A stretch of 64,000 nt of DNA from contig OZ255836.1 of assembly GCA_965277715.1 (NCBI GenBank), forward strand, positions 3,296,001 to 3,360,000, in the 5' to 3' direction. Position numbers and translations under genes: made by a program. Positions 50,856-59,591 of the stretch are shown here, one piece after another. Numbering within the stretch: position 1 is the first letter of the stretch; each line of letters starts with the position of its first letter. The DNA comes from Gammaproteobacteria bacterium. Its GTDB lineage: Bacteria; Pseudomonadota; Gammaproteobacteria; JBCCGL01. The notes under the pieces are model-generated. The model was given only the letters and a program-made list of their open reading frames with translations, made no database searches and had not been told where the DNA came from.

Positions 50856-51882
50856 GGGGTCAGGCTAGTTATTTATCATAGATTATGTCAATATCACCCC
50901 ATGCCAAGACCTCACCGCATAGAATATGAAAACGCCTTCTACCATATAATAAACCGTGGTCGGGAGCGTAAGACGGTTTTTCATAGCGAAGCTTACTACC
51001 AAGCGTTTCTCGCCACATTGACCGAAGCCGCAGAGCGTTTTCACGCCGTGATTCACGCTTATTGCCTAATGGGCAATCACTACCACCTACTGCTGGAAAC
51101 ACCTGATGCTAACCTCAGTCGCATTATGCAGCATATCGATGGTGTCTATACACAGCGTTATAACCGCCTTAAAAAAACGGATGGTTCTCAGTTTAGAGGG
51201 CGATTTAAAGCCATCAATGTCGATGAAGATGCGTATCTATTACCCCTGTCTCGCTATATACATAGAAACCCCATTGAGACTAAACGACCTCTGGTTCAAT
51301 CGCTAAAGAACTATTCCTGGTCTAGTTACCCGGCTTACATAGGAAAAGCATTGAGCCCTACTTGGTTGTGTCGTGATCGTGTTTATGCCTGTTTACCGGT
51401 GAAAAACGACTGTCAACGTTACACAGACTATGTAGACCAAGGGGTTGATGAGGATATACAGCGCTTTTACGGCAAAAATAACCTATCGACGGTGTTAGGT
51501 GACAAGGTGTTCCGCTCACAGTTGGCCGAGTACAAAGAAAGCCAGAGTGGCGTTGATGTGCGGCCCCAATTGCGGGAAAAGGTAGCCAGCAGTGTGATAG
51601 TAAAAACGGTGGCAAATTGTTGCCGAGTGAGTGAAGGCAGTGTTTCGGGTAGTCAAGGTAAGGGGGGTAGCGCGAACATTCCCCGCAAATTGGCCATGTA
51701 CTACTGCCAGCGGTTTGGTGATATGTCGTTAAAGGCGATTACTCAACATTTTGGGTTAAGTCACCCTGGTGGTGTGTCGAGTGCAATAGCTCACGTCAAG
51801 AAGGCGCTGGACAAGGGAGAACTTAAAGAGGTGATGCATCAAATTGAAAATCAGTTGAATAGTAAATAACTTGCCTGACCCC
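50856..51882 (+). mobile_element. Y1/HUH transposase element bounded by 19-bp inverted repeats
   Basis: GGGGTCAGGCTAGTTATTT (50856-74) and AAATAACTTGCCTGACCCC (51864-82), 1 mismatch. Confidence 0.85.
50901..51869 (+). CDS. RAYT-like Y1 (HUH) transposase with C-terminal HTH
   Basis: MPRPHR..YHIINRG, YCLMGNHYHLL (HUH), SRYIHRNP (catalytic Tyr), YSWSSY. Confidence 0.92.
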   Translation: MPRPHRIEYENAFYHIINRGRERKTVFHSEAYYQAFLATLTEAAERFHAVIHAYCLMGNHYHLLLETPDANLSRIMQHIDGVYTQRYNRLKKTDGSQFRGRFKAINVDEDAYLLPLSRYIHRNPIETKRPLVQSLKNYSWSSYPAYIGKALSPTWLCRDRVYACLPVKNDCQRYTDYVDQGVDEDIQRFYGKNNLSTVLGDKVFRSQLAEYKESQSGVDVRPQLREKVASSVIVKTVANCCRVSEGSVSGSQGKGGSANIPRKLAMYYCQRFGDMSLKAITQHFGLSHPGGVSSAIAHVKKALDKGELKEVMHQIENQLNSK

Positions 51883-51994
51883 TTTCTTAGCGGGTCAATA
51901 TATGACCCCTTTCTTTCGGACACCCTGCAATTACAACTCGTCAGCTAACAAGCCTATTTTAGCGGGCGCTTCAAACAAAATATTAATATCAAAA

Positions 51995-53596
51995 TTACAG
52001 ACCATCAATGCACCACACTGACTTTGCCTGATCGGCAAGCCATGTCTGATGATTCTCCAGGTTCGCTATATTCCAGCCGTCGTACTCAGCTATTTTCTGG
52101 TTAATCACAAACGGGCTTTTCGCAAGCATTGCTTTCTTTTGTATAAAAGATTCTTGGGCCATATTATCGCTCTTCGATAAAATCGCCATATTGCCCAGTC
52201 GGTCAATTGCGTCGTTATAATTCTCTTCGCCAAATGCTTCCTGCCAATCATCATTGGGTCGATAGGGCAACACATGCTCTAGTGTTAAGCTGACAGGAGA
52301 TTGGTAACCCTCGGATAATTTCTCTTCTATCCGGCATAATAAAAACACGATTTTTTTACTGCTTTGACGGCTCGGCATAGTTTTTTGCTTAAAAGCATTT
52401 TTAAATTCTTTATCCGATGGATAAATCGATTTAAGAAATTGCTTCACTTCATCAAAAGAAATTTCAGGCAATATGAAAATTTTATTCGCCAGTTTATTAT
52501 AAATGCTCTCTTGTTCACCCGCCGATTTATTGCAAATAATATTATACCGAACAGAAATAACCGTAATCCAACGCAGCAACTTGATGAAATCTTTTACTGA
52601 ATAATTACGATAAGCGACCATAAGCACACTCAATGGTGTTTTAATATTGAAAGTATTTAATAACTCTAGATAAGGTTTGGCCTCAGTGTATTGGCCACCT
52701 TCATATTCAAGCCAAAATCCATCCTGGTGGTTTTGTAAAGCTGCGTAAACTGGTGCATTCTTCTTAATCTCATAGATGTAAGGCATGACTTTATCAAAAG
52801 CATTAATTTTCTTTTTCACAATTCGATATAGATCTTTTTTATACGGCAAAGAATCACTAATACCTATATGGCTTCTCAAAAAATTAGTGAAATCTGTGGC
52901 ACCTAATTGACCCAAAATATCACCCCAATGCCGTTCAAATATTCCAAAATTATTTTCTGTCATTTGAGAACCCGTTGACAGAGTGGATAAAAAATAGTTT
53001 TTTAGCAAATCAGGCGCTGATAAATGCATACCACGTGCATTCAAAGTTTCAAAGACAAGGTAAGCATTTAAGTCATCTTTAACTGTAATTGTAGTGAACA
53101 TTAAACCATCAGTGATATTATTAATTAGCTTCGCCACTTCCTCGCCACTTTTAAAAGCACGCATCTTCTTTTGAAAAAAATCGAACGTTTTATTAAGCTT
53201 TCTATTAGTCCTTGTGATGCCTCTTTTTCTGGGCACACCATACTGATCTAACATATCGATAAAATGCGGGTTATTGTGGCGGTTCAACTCTAATTTTGAA
53301 GAGGTTTGTAATGTTACCGTATCGAGTAAACCGAGATAGGTTTGGTGATAAGTAACCATTCTCTTGTCATTGCGCTCGCTATCTTCACCTTGCTCGATCA
53401 TTTTTTTAAACACGTCGAGTGCCGACAGAATCAACAGCAAAATAGTCGTCAGCCTTTGTTGCCCATCAATGATTTCAAAACGTTTGTTGTCGTCAGATTG
53501 AAAAACCAAATAACCCATAAAATGCTGAATCTGTGCTTCCAGCATTTGCTCAACATCCTGCCAAAACTCTTCCAGTTGAGGTTCTTCCCAAGAGTA
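51995..53596 (-). pseudogene. 5'-truncated duplicate of the DUF262/DUF1524 gene
   Basis: Aligns with 53998-55599 (offset 2003); lacks the N-terminal ..PPFQRD; cut beside GGGGTCA at 53602. Confidence 0.88.
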
Positions 53597-53601
53597 GCAA
53601 A

Positions 53602-53692
53602 GGGGTCAGGCTTATTATTCACCATACAACGACTAATACGGATAAAAACAGTGATTTCCAGCAAGAAGTATAGGAAATAACTGCATTGACCC
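53602..53692. mobile_element. About 91-bp non-coding mini-element with Y1-element ends
   Basis: GGGGTCAGGCTTATTATT ... AAATAACTGCATTGACCC. Confidence 0.7.
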
Positions 53693-53900
53693 GAATGGCA
53701 CTTCCTTAAGACGTAAGCAACTGATAGTAAAGAGTTTATTTATTATTTCTAAGAAAAAAAATGATATTTTGAAAGTTGCCGCCAATGATAACCGGGATAG
53801 TTTTACAAATATTGCTTTCAAGAACCATATGCCAAGTTATCTGAACCAAGCATGTAGTACCAATACTTTCAAATACTTACAGCTTAAGGAAGTGCCATTC
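53693..53900. mobile_element. 208-bp IS4-derived MITE
   Basis: Perfect 18-bp TIRs GAATGGCACTTCCTTAAG / CTTAAGGAAGTGCCATTC; right part matches the IS4 end at about 46350-46384. Confidence 0.85.
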
Positions 53901-53997
53901 TTGCCTGCCCCCTTTCTTTCGGACACCCTGCAATTACAACTCGTCAGCTAACAAGCCTATTTTAGCGGGCGCTTCAAACAAAATATTAATATCGAAA

Positions 53998-55695
53998 TTA
54001 CAGACCATCAATGCACCACACTGACTTTGCCTGATCGGCAAGCCATGTCTGATGATTCTCCAGGTTCGCTATATTCCAGTCGTCGTACTCAGCTATTTTC
54101 TGGTTAATCACAAACGGGCTTTTCGCAAGCATTGCTTTCTTTTGTATAAAAGATTCTTGGGCCATATTATCGCTCTTCGATAAAATCGCCATATTGCCCA
54201 GTCGGTCAATTGCGTCGCTATAATTCTCTTCGCCAAATGCTTCCTGCCAATCATCATTGGGTAGATAGGGCAACACATGCTCTAGTGTTAAGCTGACAGG
54301 AGATTGGTAACCCTCGGATAATTTCTCTTCTATCCGGCATAATAAAAACACGATTTTTTTACTACTTTGACGGCTCGGCATAGTTTTTTGCTTAAAAGCA
54401 TTTTTAAATTCTTTATCCGATGGATAAATCGATTTAAGAAATTGCTTCACTTCATCAAAAGAAATTTTAGGCAATATGAAAATTTTATTCGCCAGTTTAT
54501 TATAAATGCTCTCTTGTTCACCCGCCGATTTATTGCAAATAATATTATACCGAACAGAAATAACCGTAATCCAACGCAGCAACTTGATGAAATCTTTTAC
54601 TGAATAATTATGATAAGCGACCATAAGCACACTCAATGGTGTTTTAATATTGAAAGTATTTAATAACTCTAGATAAGGTTTGGCCTCAGTGTATTGGCCG
54701 CATTCATATTCAAGCCAAAATCTATCCTGGTGGTTTTGTAAAGCTGCGTAAACTGGTGCATTCTTCTTAATCTCATAGATGTAAGGCATGACTTTATCAA
54801 AAGCATTAATTTTCTTTTTCACAATTCGATATAGATCTTTTTTATACGGCAAAGAATCACTAGTACCTATATGGCTTCTCAAAAAATTAGTGAAATCTGT
54901 GGCACCTAATTGACCCAAAATATCACCCCAATGCCGTTCAAATATTTCAAAATCATTTTCTGTCATTTGAGAACCCGTTGACAGAGTGGATAAAAAATAG
55001 TTTTTTAGCAAATCAGGCGCTGATAAATGCATACCACGTGCATTCAAAGTTTCAAAGACAAGGTAAGCATTTAAGTCATCTTTAACTGTAATTGTAGTGA
55101 ACATTAAACCATCAGTGATATTATTAATTAGCTTCGCCACTTCCTCGCCACTTTTAAAAGCACGCATCTTCTTTTGAAAAAAATCGAACGTTTTATTAAG
55201 CTTTCTATTAGTCCTTGTGATGCCTCTTTTTCTGGGCACACGATACTGATATAACATATCGGCAAAATGCGGGTTATTGTGGCGGTTCAACTCTAATTTT
55301 GAAGAGGTTTGTAATGTTACCGTATCAAGTAAACCGAGATAGGTTTGGTGATAAGTAACCATTCTCTTTTCATTGCGCTCGCTATCTTCACCTTGCTTGA
55401 TCATTTTTTTAAACACGTCGAGTGCCGACAGAATCAACAGCAAAATAGTCGTCAGCCTTTGTTGCCCATCAATGATTTCAAAACGTTTGTTGTCGTCAGA
55501 TTGAAAAACCAAATAACCCATAAAATGCTGAATCTGTGCTTCCAGCATTTGCTCAACATCCTGCCAAAACTCTTCCAGTTGAGGTTCTTCCCAAGAGTAA
55601 TCTCGTTGAAAAGGCGGCACTCGATAACTTTTACCGTTGCTCATCACCTCGGCAAATGTTTTATTTTCTGGTTCTAAATAAATTTTTTTGAACAT
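53998..55695 (-). CDS. GmrSD-like type IV restriction endonuclease (DUF262 + DUF1524 HNH)
   Basis: PPFQRDYSW, IIDGQQRLTT, VFETLNARG; TLEHVLP..LGNMAIL...N. Confidence 0.9.
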   Translation of the reverse strand: MFKKIYLEPENKTFAEVMSNGKSYRVPPFQRDYSWEEPQLEEFWQDVEQMLEAQIQHFMGYLVFQSDDNKRFEIIDGQQRLTTILLLILSALDVFKKMIKQGEDSERNEKRMVTYHQTYLGLLDTVTLQTSSKLELNRHNNPHFADMLYQYRVPRKRGITRTNRKLNKTFDFFQKKMRAFKSGEEVAKLINNITDGLMFTTITVKDDLNAYLVFETLNARGMHLSAPDLLKNYFLSTLSTGSQMTENDFEIFERHWGDILGQLGATDFTNFLRSHIGTSDSLPYKKDLYRIVKKKINAFDKVMPYIYEIKKNAPVYAALQNHQDRFWLEYECGQYTEAKPYLELLNTFNIKTPLSVLMVAYHNYSVKDFIKLLRWITVISVRYNIICNKSAGEQESIYNKLANKIFILPKISFDEVKQFLKSIYPSDKEFKNAFKQKTMPSRQSSKKIVFLLCRIEEKLSEGYQSPVSLTLEHVLPYLPNDDWQEAFGEENYSDAIDRLGNMAILSKSDNMAQESFIQKKAMLAKSPFVINQKIAEYDDWNIANLENHQTWLADQAKSVWCIDGL

Positions 55696-55915
55696 AACTT
55701 CAGATTATATGCAAGATGCAGAAAGAAAAACAGTTGATCAATATAGCCACTGCACGCCTATCGTATAAGCTGATTATCAGGCATAGAATGCCATGCATCC
55801 GCTAGAGCCTGCTGATGTTTCACGCTAAGCTATTGAATTTATTGGTTTTTATGCAAATTATTATTTTAGAAATTTTATTATAAATCAACAAGTTACGACC
55901 AAACGCCAACAAGCC

Positions 55916-56578
55916 TTAGCGTTTATGCGCCAAAGTAAAGCCATCACCTATCGGCACAAGGCAAGCGTTCACGCGGGCATCTTCGAATACTTTCTGGTTG
56001 AAAGCACGAATCGCAATCGTATCTGGCTCCTGATTACTTTCATCTACGACCGAACCACCCCACAATGTATTATCGATGCCTATCGCGCCACCAGGACGTA
56101 GCAACGCCAAACAACACTCGTAGTAATCGGCATAGCGTTCTTTGTCTGCATCGATAAAAGCAAAATCAAATTTCCCGGCTTGTCCATCTGCAAGCAATGC
56201 ATCAAGGGTTTCGAGGGCCGGTGCAATCTTGAGATCGATTTTGTGCGCAACACCCGCCTCGGCCCAGTAACGCTCGCCGACTGTCGTCCACTCGTGGCTG
56301 ATATCACACGCGATCAATCGCCCCTCATCGGGCAGTGCTCTTGCCATGCAAAGCGCGCTGTAACCGGTAAAAGTGCCCACTTCAATAATTTTCTTCACAC
56401 CCAACAAAGGCATCAATACAGACATAAACTGCCCTTGTTCGGGTGAGATTTGCATATTAAAACCGGCTACTTCAATCGTCTCCTTTTGAAGCCGTTCCCA
56501 AAGAGGATCCGATGGGACTGAGACGGATAGCATGTAGTCATAAAGTTGATCTGAAATATCAATGGTTCGAGTAGACAA
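55916..56578 (-). CDS. Class I SAM-dependent O-methyltransferase (caffeoyl-CoA OMT-like)
   Basis: MQISPEQGQF, EVGTFTGYS, FIDADK, DNTLWGG; probable TTG start after GAGG. Confidence 0.92.
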   Translation of the reverse strand: MSTRTIDISDQLYDYMLSVSVPSDPLWERLQKETIEVAGFNMQISPEQGQFMSVLMPLLGVKKIIEVGTFTGYSALCMARALPDEGRLIACDISHEWTTVGERYWAEAGVAHKIDLKIAPALETLDALLADGQAGKFDFAFIDADKERYADYYECCLALLRPGGAIGIDNTLWGGSVVDESNQEPDTIAIRAFNQKVFEDARVNACLVPIGDGFTLAHKR

Positions 56579-56692
56579 AGCAATTTCCTCAGCGAAAACA
56601 AAAAGACACGATGGGGGTATTATTGTGATGATTGCAATCACTTAAACGCCATACTATGTACACCACTGTACGCATAAAACTATAGTGGTGAC

Positions 56693-56937
56693 ATACAAAA
56701 ATCATACAATTACGACGCTGAAAAAAACCCACCAACCTCAACATAAATAGTGATTTACTAAATAAAACCAAAGCACTCAGTATTAATCTCTCTGCAATAT
56801 TGGAGCAGACACTTAGAGAAAAACTTGCCGAGAAAAAAACGGACCAATGGCAAAAGAAAAATAAAAACGCTATTCGCGCTTACAATCGCTTTGTTGAAGA
56901 GAACGGGCTCTTTGCTGATGATTACAAGTCATTTTAA
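56693..56937 (+). pseudogene. ccdA: CcdA-like antitoxin pseudogene
   Basis: KKPTNLNINSDLL..INLS..WQKENKNAIRAYNRFVEENGLFADDYKSF*; ATA start and frameshift in A7 run. Confidence 0.8.
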
Positions 56938-57104
56938 TGACTCAATTTTCTCTTTATACAAATCCGAATAAAAACACTAAAAAAGCCTACCCATACATTA
57001 TGGACATTCAAAATAGTTTAAAAAGAAGGACAGGCATTATCATAGAATACAAAAACAATCTAAAAATGAAAAATAATATTTTATGGGGGTCAAGAAACAT
57101 TTGA
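56937..57104 (+). pseudogene. ccdB: Truncated CcdB-like toxin
   Basis: MTQFSLYTNPN..KKAYPYIMDIQNSL, then similarity is lost; 55 aa. Confidence 0.75.
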
Positions 57105-57203
57105 TTTTAGGTCAAGTATCATTTCATATGCTTAATGGTTTTTGCGGATGCTCTGTTACCCCAATTTTTTCTTCTGGAAGAGAGCGGGGTTTAGGCCAGA
57201 TTG

Positions 57204-57328
57204 GTAGGGTGCAATAACCAATTCTTCAATTGATAGACCATCAGTTTTATTTGAAAAAAGGGATAGTGATCGGGTTTGTGTGGTTTTTAAGAATTGTGGC
57301 GCAATGCCCGTTGGTTATTGCGCCCTAC
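57204..57328. repeat. Inverted GTAG-type REP doublet (REPIN-like)
   Basis: GTAGGGTGCAATAACCAA ... TTGGTTATTGCGCCCTAC. Confidence 0.75.
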
Positions 57329-57462
57329 GGTTTAAAGAATCCATATATGCGCTTGGTTCTTTCTTATTGTATTTACATCATCTTAAATGATGCAAAATAA
57401 ATATTGCACATAGGAAGCCTTGTACTACTGTTAATAACATTATTCTAAATATTGTTAAAAAA

Positions 57463-58059
57463 ATGATAACAACACTCGCCGACTGTACCACTATTCAATC
57501 CGGGCATCCATTTCGTGGGGCTATTGCTGAAAAGCCAGGCAGTGGTATCCGGGCTATTCAAATTAAGGATGCCTCTGGCGACGGTGGTATTCAGTGGTCG
57601 CAGTTGGTCGAGACGGAAGCCGTCACGCAAAAGCCACCTGTGGGTCTGCAAAAAAACGATATATTGTTCGCCGCCCGCAATAGCCGCCACTATGCGGTGC
57701 TGGTCGATCAATCTGGCGCGCTTACGCTTTGCTCACCGCACTTTTATGTGCTGACGATCAAGTGCCCTCAGTTGCTGCCCGCGTTTCTCGTTTGGCAGCT
57801 CAACCAACCTGAGTTGCAGCGTTATTTTAAGCAGCAGGCCGAAGGCAGCACAACGAAAAGTATCAGTTGCCCCAATTTGGGCAAAGCCCGCATTAGCTTG
57901 CCCCCGTTGGCTATCCAGCAAAAAATTGTGCAGTTGCACGCTAATCTGCAACAGCAAAAGCGTGTCTATCAGCAACTGATTCTCAACACCGACAAATTCA
58001 TGCATAGTATCGGTTCGGCCATCCTCGGTCAGGATCATCCCTCTTCGGAAAATGTATGA
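57463..58059 (+). CDS. Single-TRD type I R-M specificity-like protein
   Basis: IQSGHPFR, LQKNDILFAAR, LPPLAIQQKIV; directly upstream of hsdM. Confidence 0.8.
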   Translation: MITTLADCTTIQSGHPFRGAIAEKPGSGIRAIQIKDASGDGGIQWSQLVETEAVTQKPPVGLQKNDILFAARNSRHYAVLVDQSGALTLCSPHFYVLTIKCPQLLPAFLVWQLNQPELQRYFKQQAEGSTTKSISCPNLGKARISLPPLAIQQKIVQLHANLQQQKRVYQQLILNTDKFMHSIGSAILGQDHPSSENV

Positions 58060-59591
58060 ATAGCAGTATTAACCAAGACAGTATTAACAGCGCCCTGTGG
58101 AGTGTGTGTGATGTATTCCGTGGCACTGTCAGCCCGGATACGTATAAAGATTTCATCCTCACTATGTTGTTTTTAAAGTACGTCTCTGACGTGTGGCAGG
58201 ATCACTACGATACCTTCCAGGCAACCTATAGTGATGCTGATCTGATCACCGAAATGCTAAAAAATGAACGCTTTGTGCTGCCTGAGACGGCCAATTTTTA
58301 CTATTTGTATGCACATCGCCACACGCCGGGCAATGGCGAGCGTATCGATACTGCGCTGTATACGCTGGAGGAAGCCAACGGTAGCAAGCTTAACGATGGC
58401 AATAAATCGGTCTTTCAGGATATCAGTTTCAACACTGACCGCCTCGGCGAGGTGAAGCAAAAAAATACCATGCTGCGCGAGATGCTGGAGATCTTCGCCA
58501 AACCCACGCTCAACCTGCGCCCTAGCCGCGTGGGCAATATCGACGTGATCGGCAACGCCTATGAGTACCTGATTAAGCAATTTGCCTCCACCAGCGGTAA
58601 AAGCGCGGGGGAGTTTTACACTCCGCCGGAGGTCTCCGACCTGATGGCCGAGCTGCTCGACCCACAAGTGGGGGATCGCATCTGTGACCCGGCGTGTGGC
58701 TCGGCCTCACTGCTGATGAAATGCGGGCGCAAGATCCGCGAGCGCCACGACAGCAGGCACTATGAGCTGTACGGTCAGGAAGCGATTGGCGCTACCTGGT
58801 CACTGGCGAAGATGAATATGTTTCTACACGGTGAAGACAACCACCGCATCGAGTGGGGGGATACCATCCGCAACCCGAAATTGCTGGATGCCGAAGGCGG
58901 GCTGATGCGATTTGATATTGTCACCGCCAACCCACCGTTTAGCCTGGATAGGTGGGGTTATGACGATGTGGGCAAAGACCCCTACGAACGCTTTGCCCGT
59001 GGTATGCCGCCGAAAACCAAGGGCGACTACGCTTTTATACTGCATATGCTGAAAACCCTGGGGATGCCGTCCCCCGATAAACACCCGGCGCGGATGGGCG
59101 TAGTGGTGCCGCACGGCGTGTTGTTTCGTGGCAGTAGCGAGGCAAAGATTCGTAGCCAGTTGATCGATGAAAACTTGCTCGATTGTGTGATTGGCCTACC
59201 CGAAAAGCTGTTTTTTGGCACCGGCATCCCGGCGGCTATTTTACTGTTTAAACGCGAAAAGTTGGACAGCAGCGTGCTCTTTATTGATGCCAGCCACGCC
59301 TTTAAATCGATCAAAAACCAGAATCAGTTATTACCCGAACATATCGATAAAATTATTAACACCTACCGTGCGCGTAAAAGCGTGGATAAATACGCCTACC
59401 TGGCAAGCCCTGCAGAGATTCAGGAAAACGACTACAACCTGAATATACCGCGCTATGTGGATACCTTTGAGGAGGAGGAAGAGATTGATTTAATGGCGGT
59501 GCGTAAGGAACAGCAAAGCTTGCAGGTAGAGCTAAATAGGCTTGAAGAGGAGATGGCGGGGTATTTGAAGGAGTTAGGGTATGGGGATTAA
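58056..59591 (+). CDS. hsdM: Type I R-M methyltransferase subunit
   Basis: GEFYTPPEV, DPACGS, ANPPF, HGVLFRG, NLNIPRY. Confidence 0.96.
   Translation: MNSSINQDSINSALWSVCDVFRGTVSPDTYKDFILTMLFLKYVSDVWQDHYDTFQATYSDADLITEMLKNERFVLPETANFYYLYAHRHTPGNGERIDTALYTLEEANGSKLNDGNKSVFQDISFNTDRLGEVKQKNTMLREMLEIFAKPTLNLRPSRVGNIDVIGNAYEYLIKQFASTSGKSAGEFYTPPEVSDLMAELLDPQVGDRICDPACGSASLLMKCGRKIRERHDSRHYELYGQEAIGATWSLAKMNMFLHGEDNHRIEWGDTIRNPKLLDAEGGLMRFDIVTANPPFSLDRWGYDDVGKDPYERFARGMPPKTKGDYAFILHMLKTLGMPSPDKHPARMGVVVPHGVLFRGSSEAKIRSQLIDENLLDCVIGLPEKLFFGTGIPAAILLFKREKLDSSVLFIDASHAFKSIKNQNQLLPEHIDKIINTYRARKSVDKYAYLASPAEIQENDYNLNIPRYVDTFEEEEEIDLMAVRKEQQSLQVELNRLEEEMAGYLKELGYGD

Noticed and set aside
50808-50900. 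Extended N-terminus of the Y1 transposase (and similar ..KGVRLVIY tails)
   Set aside because: Read-through of the terminal repeat; the family-typical start is MPR at 50901
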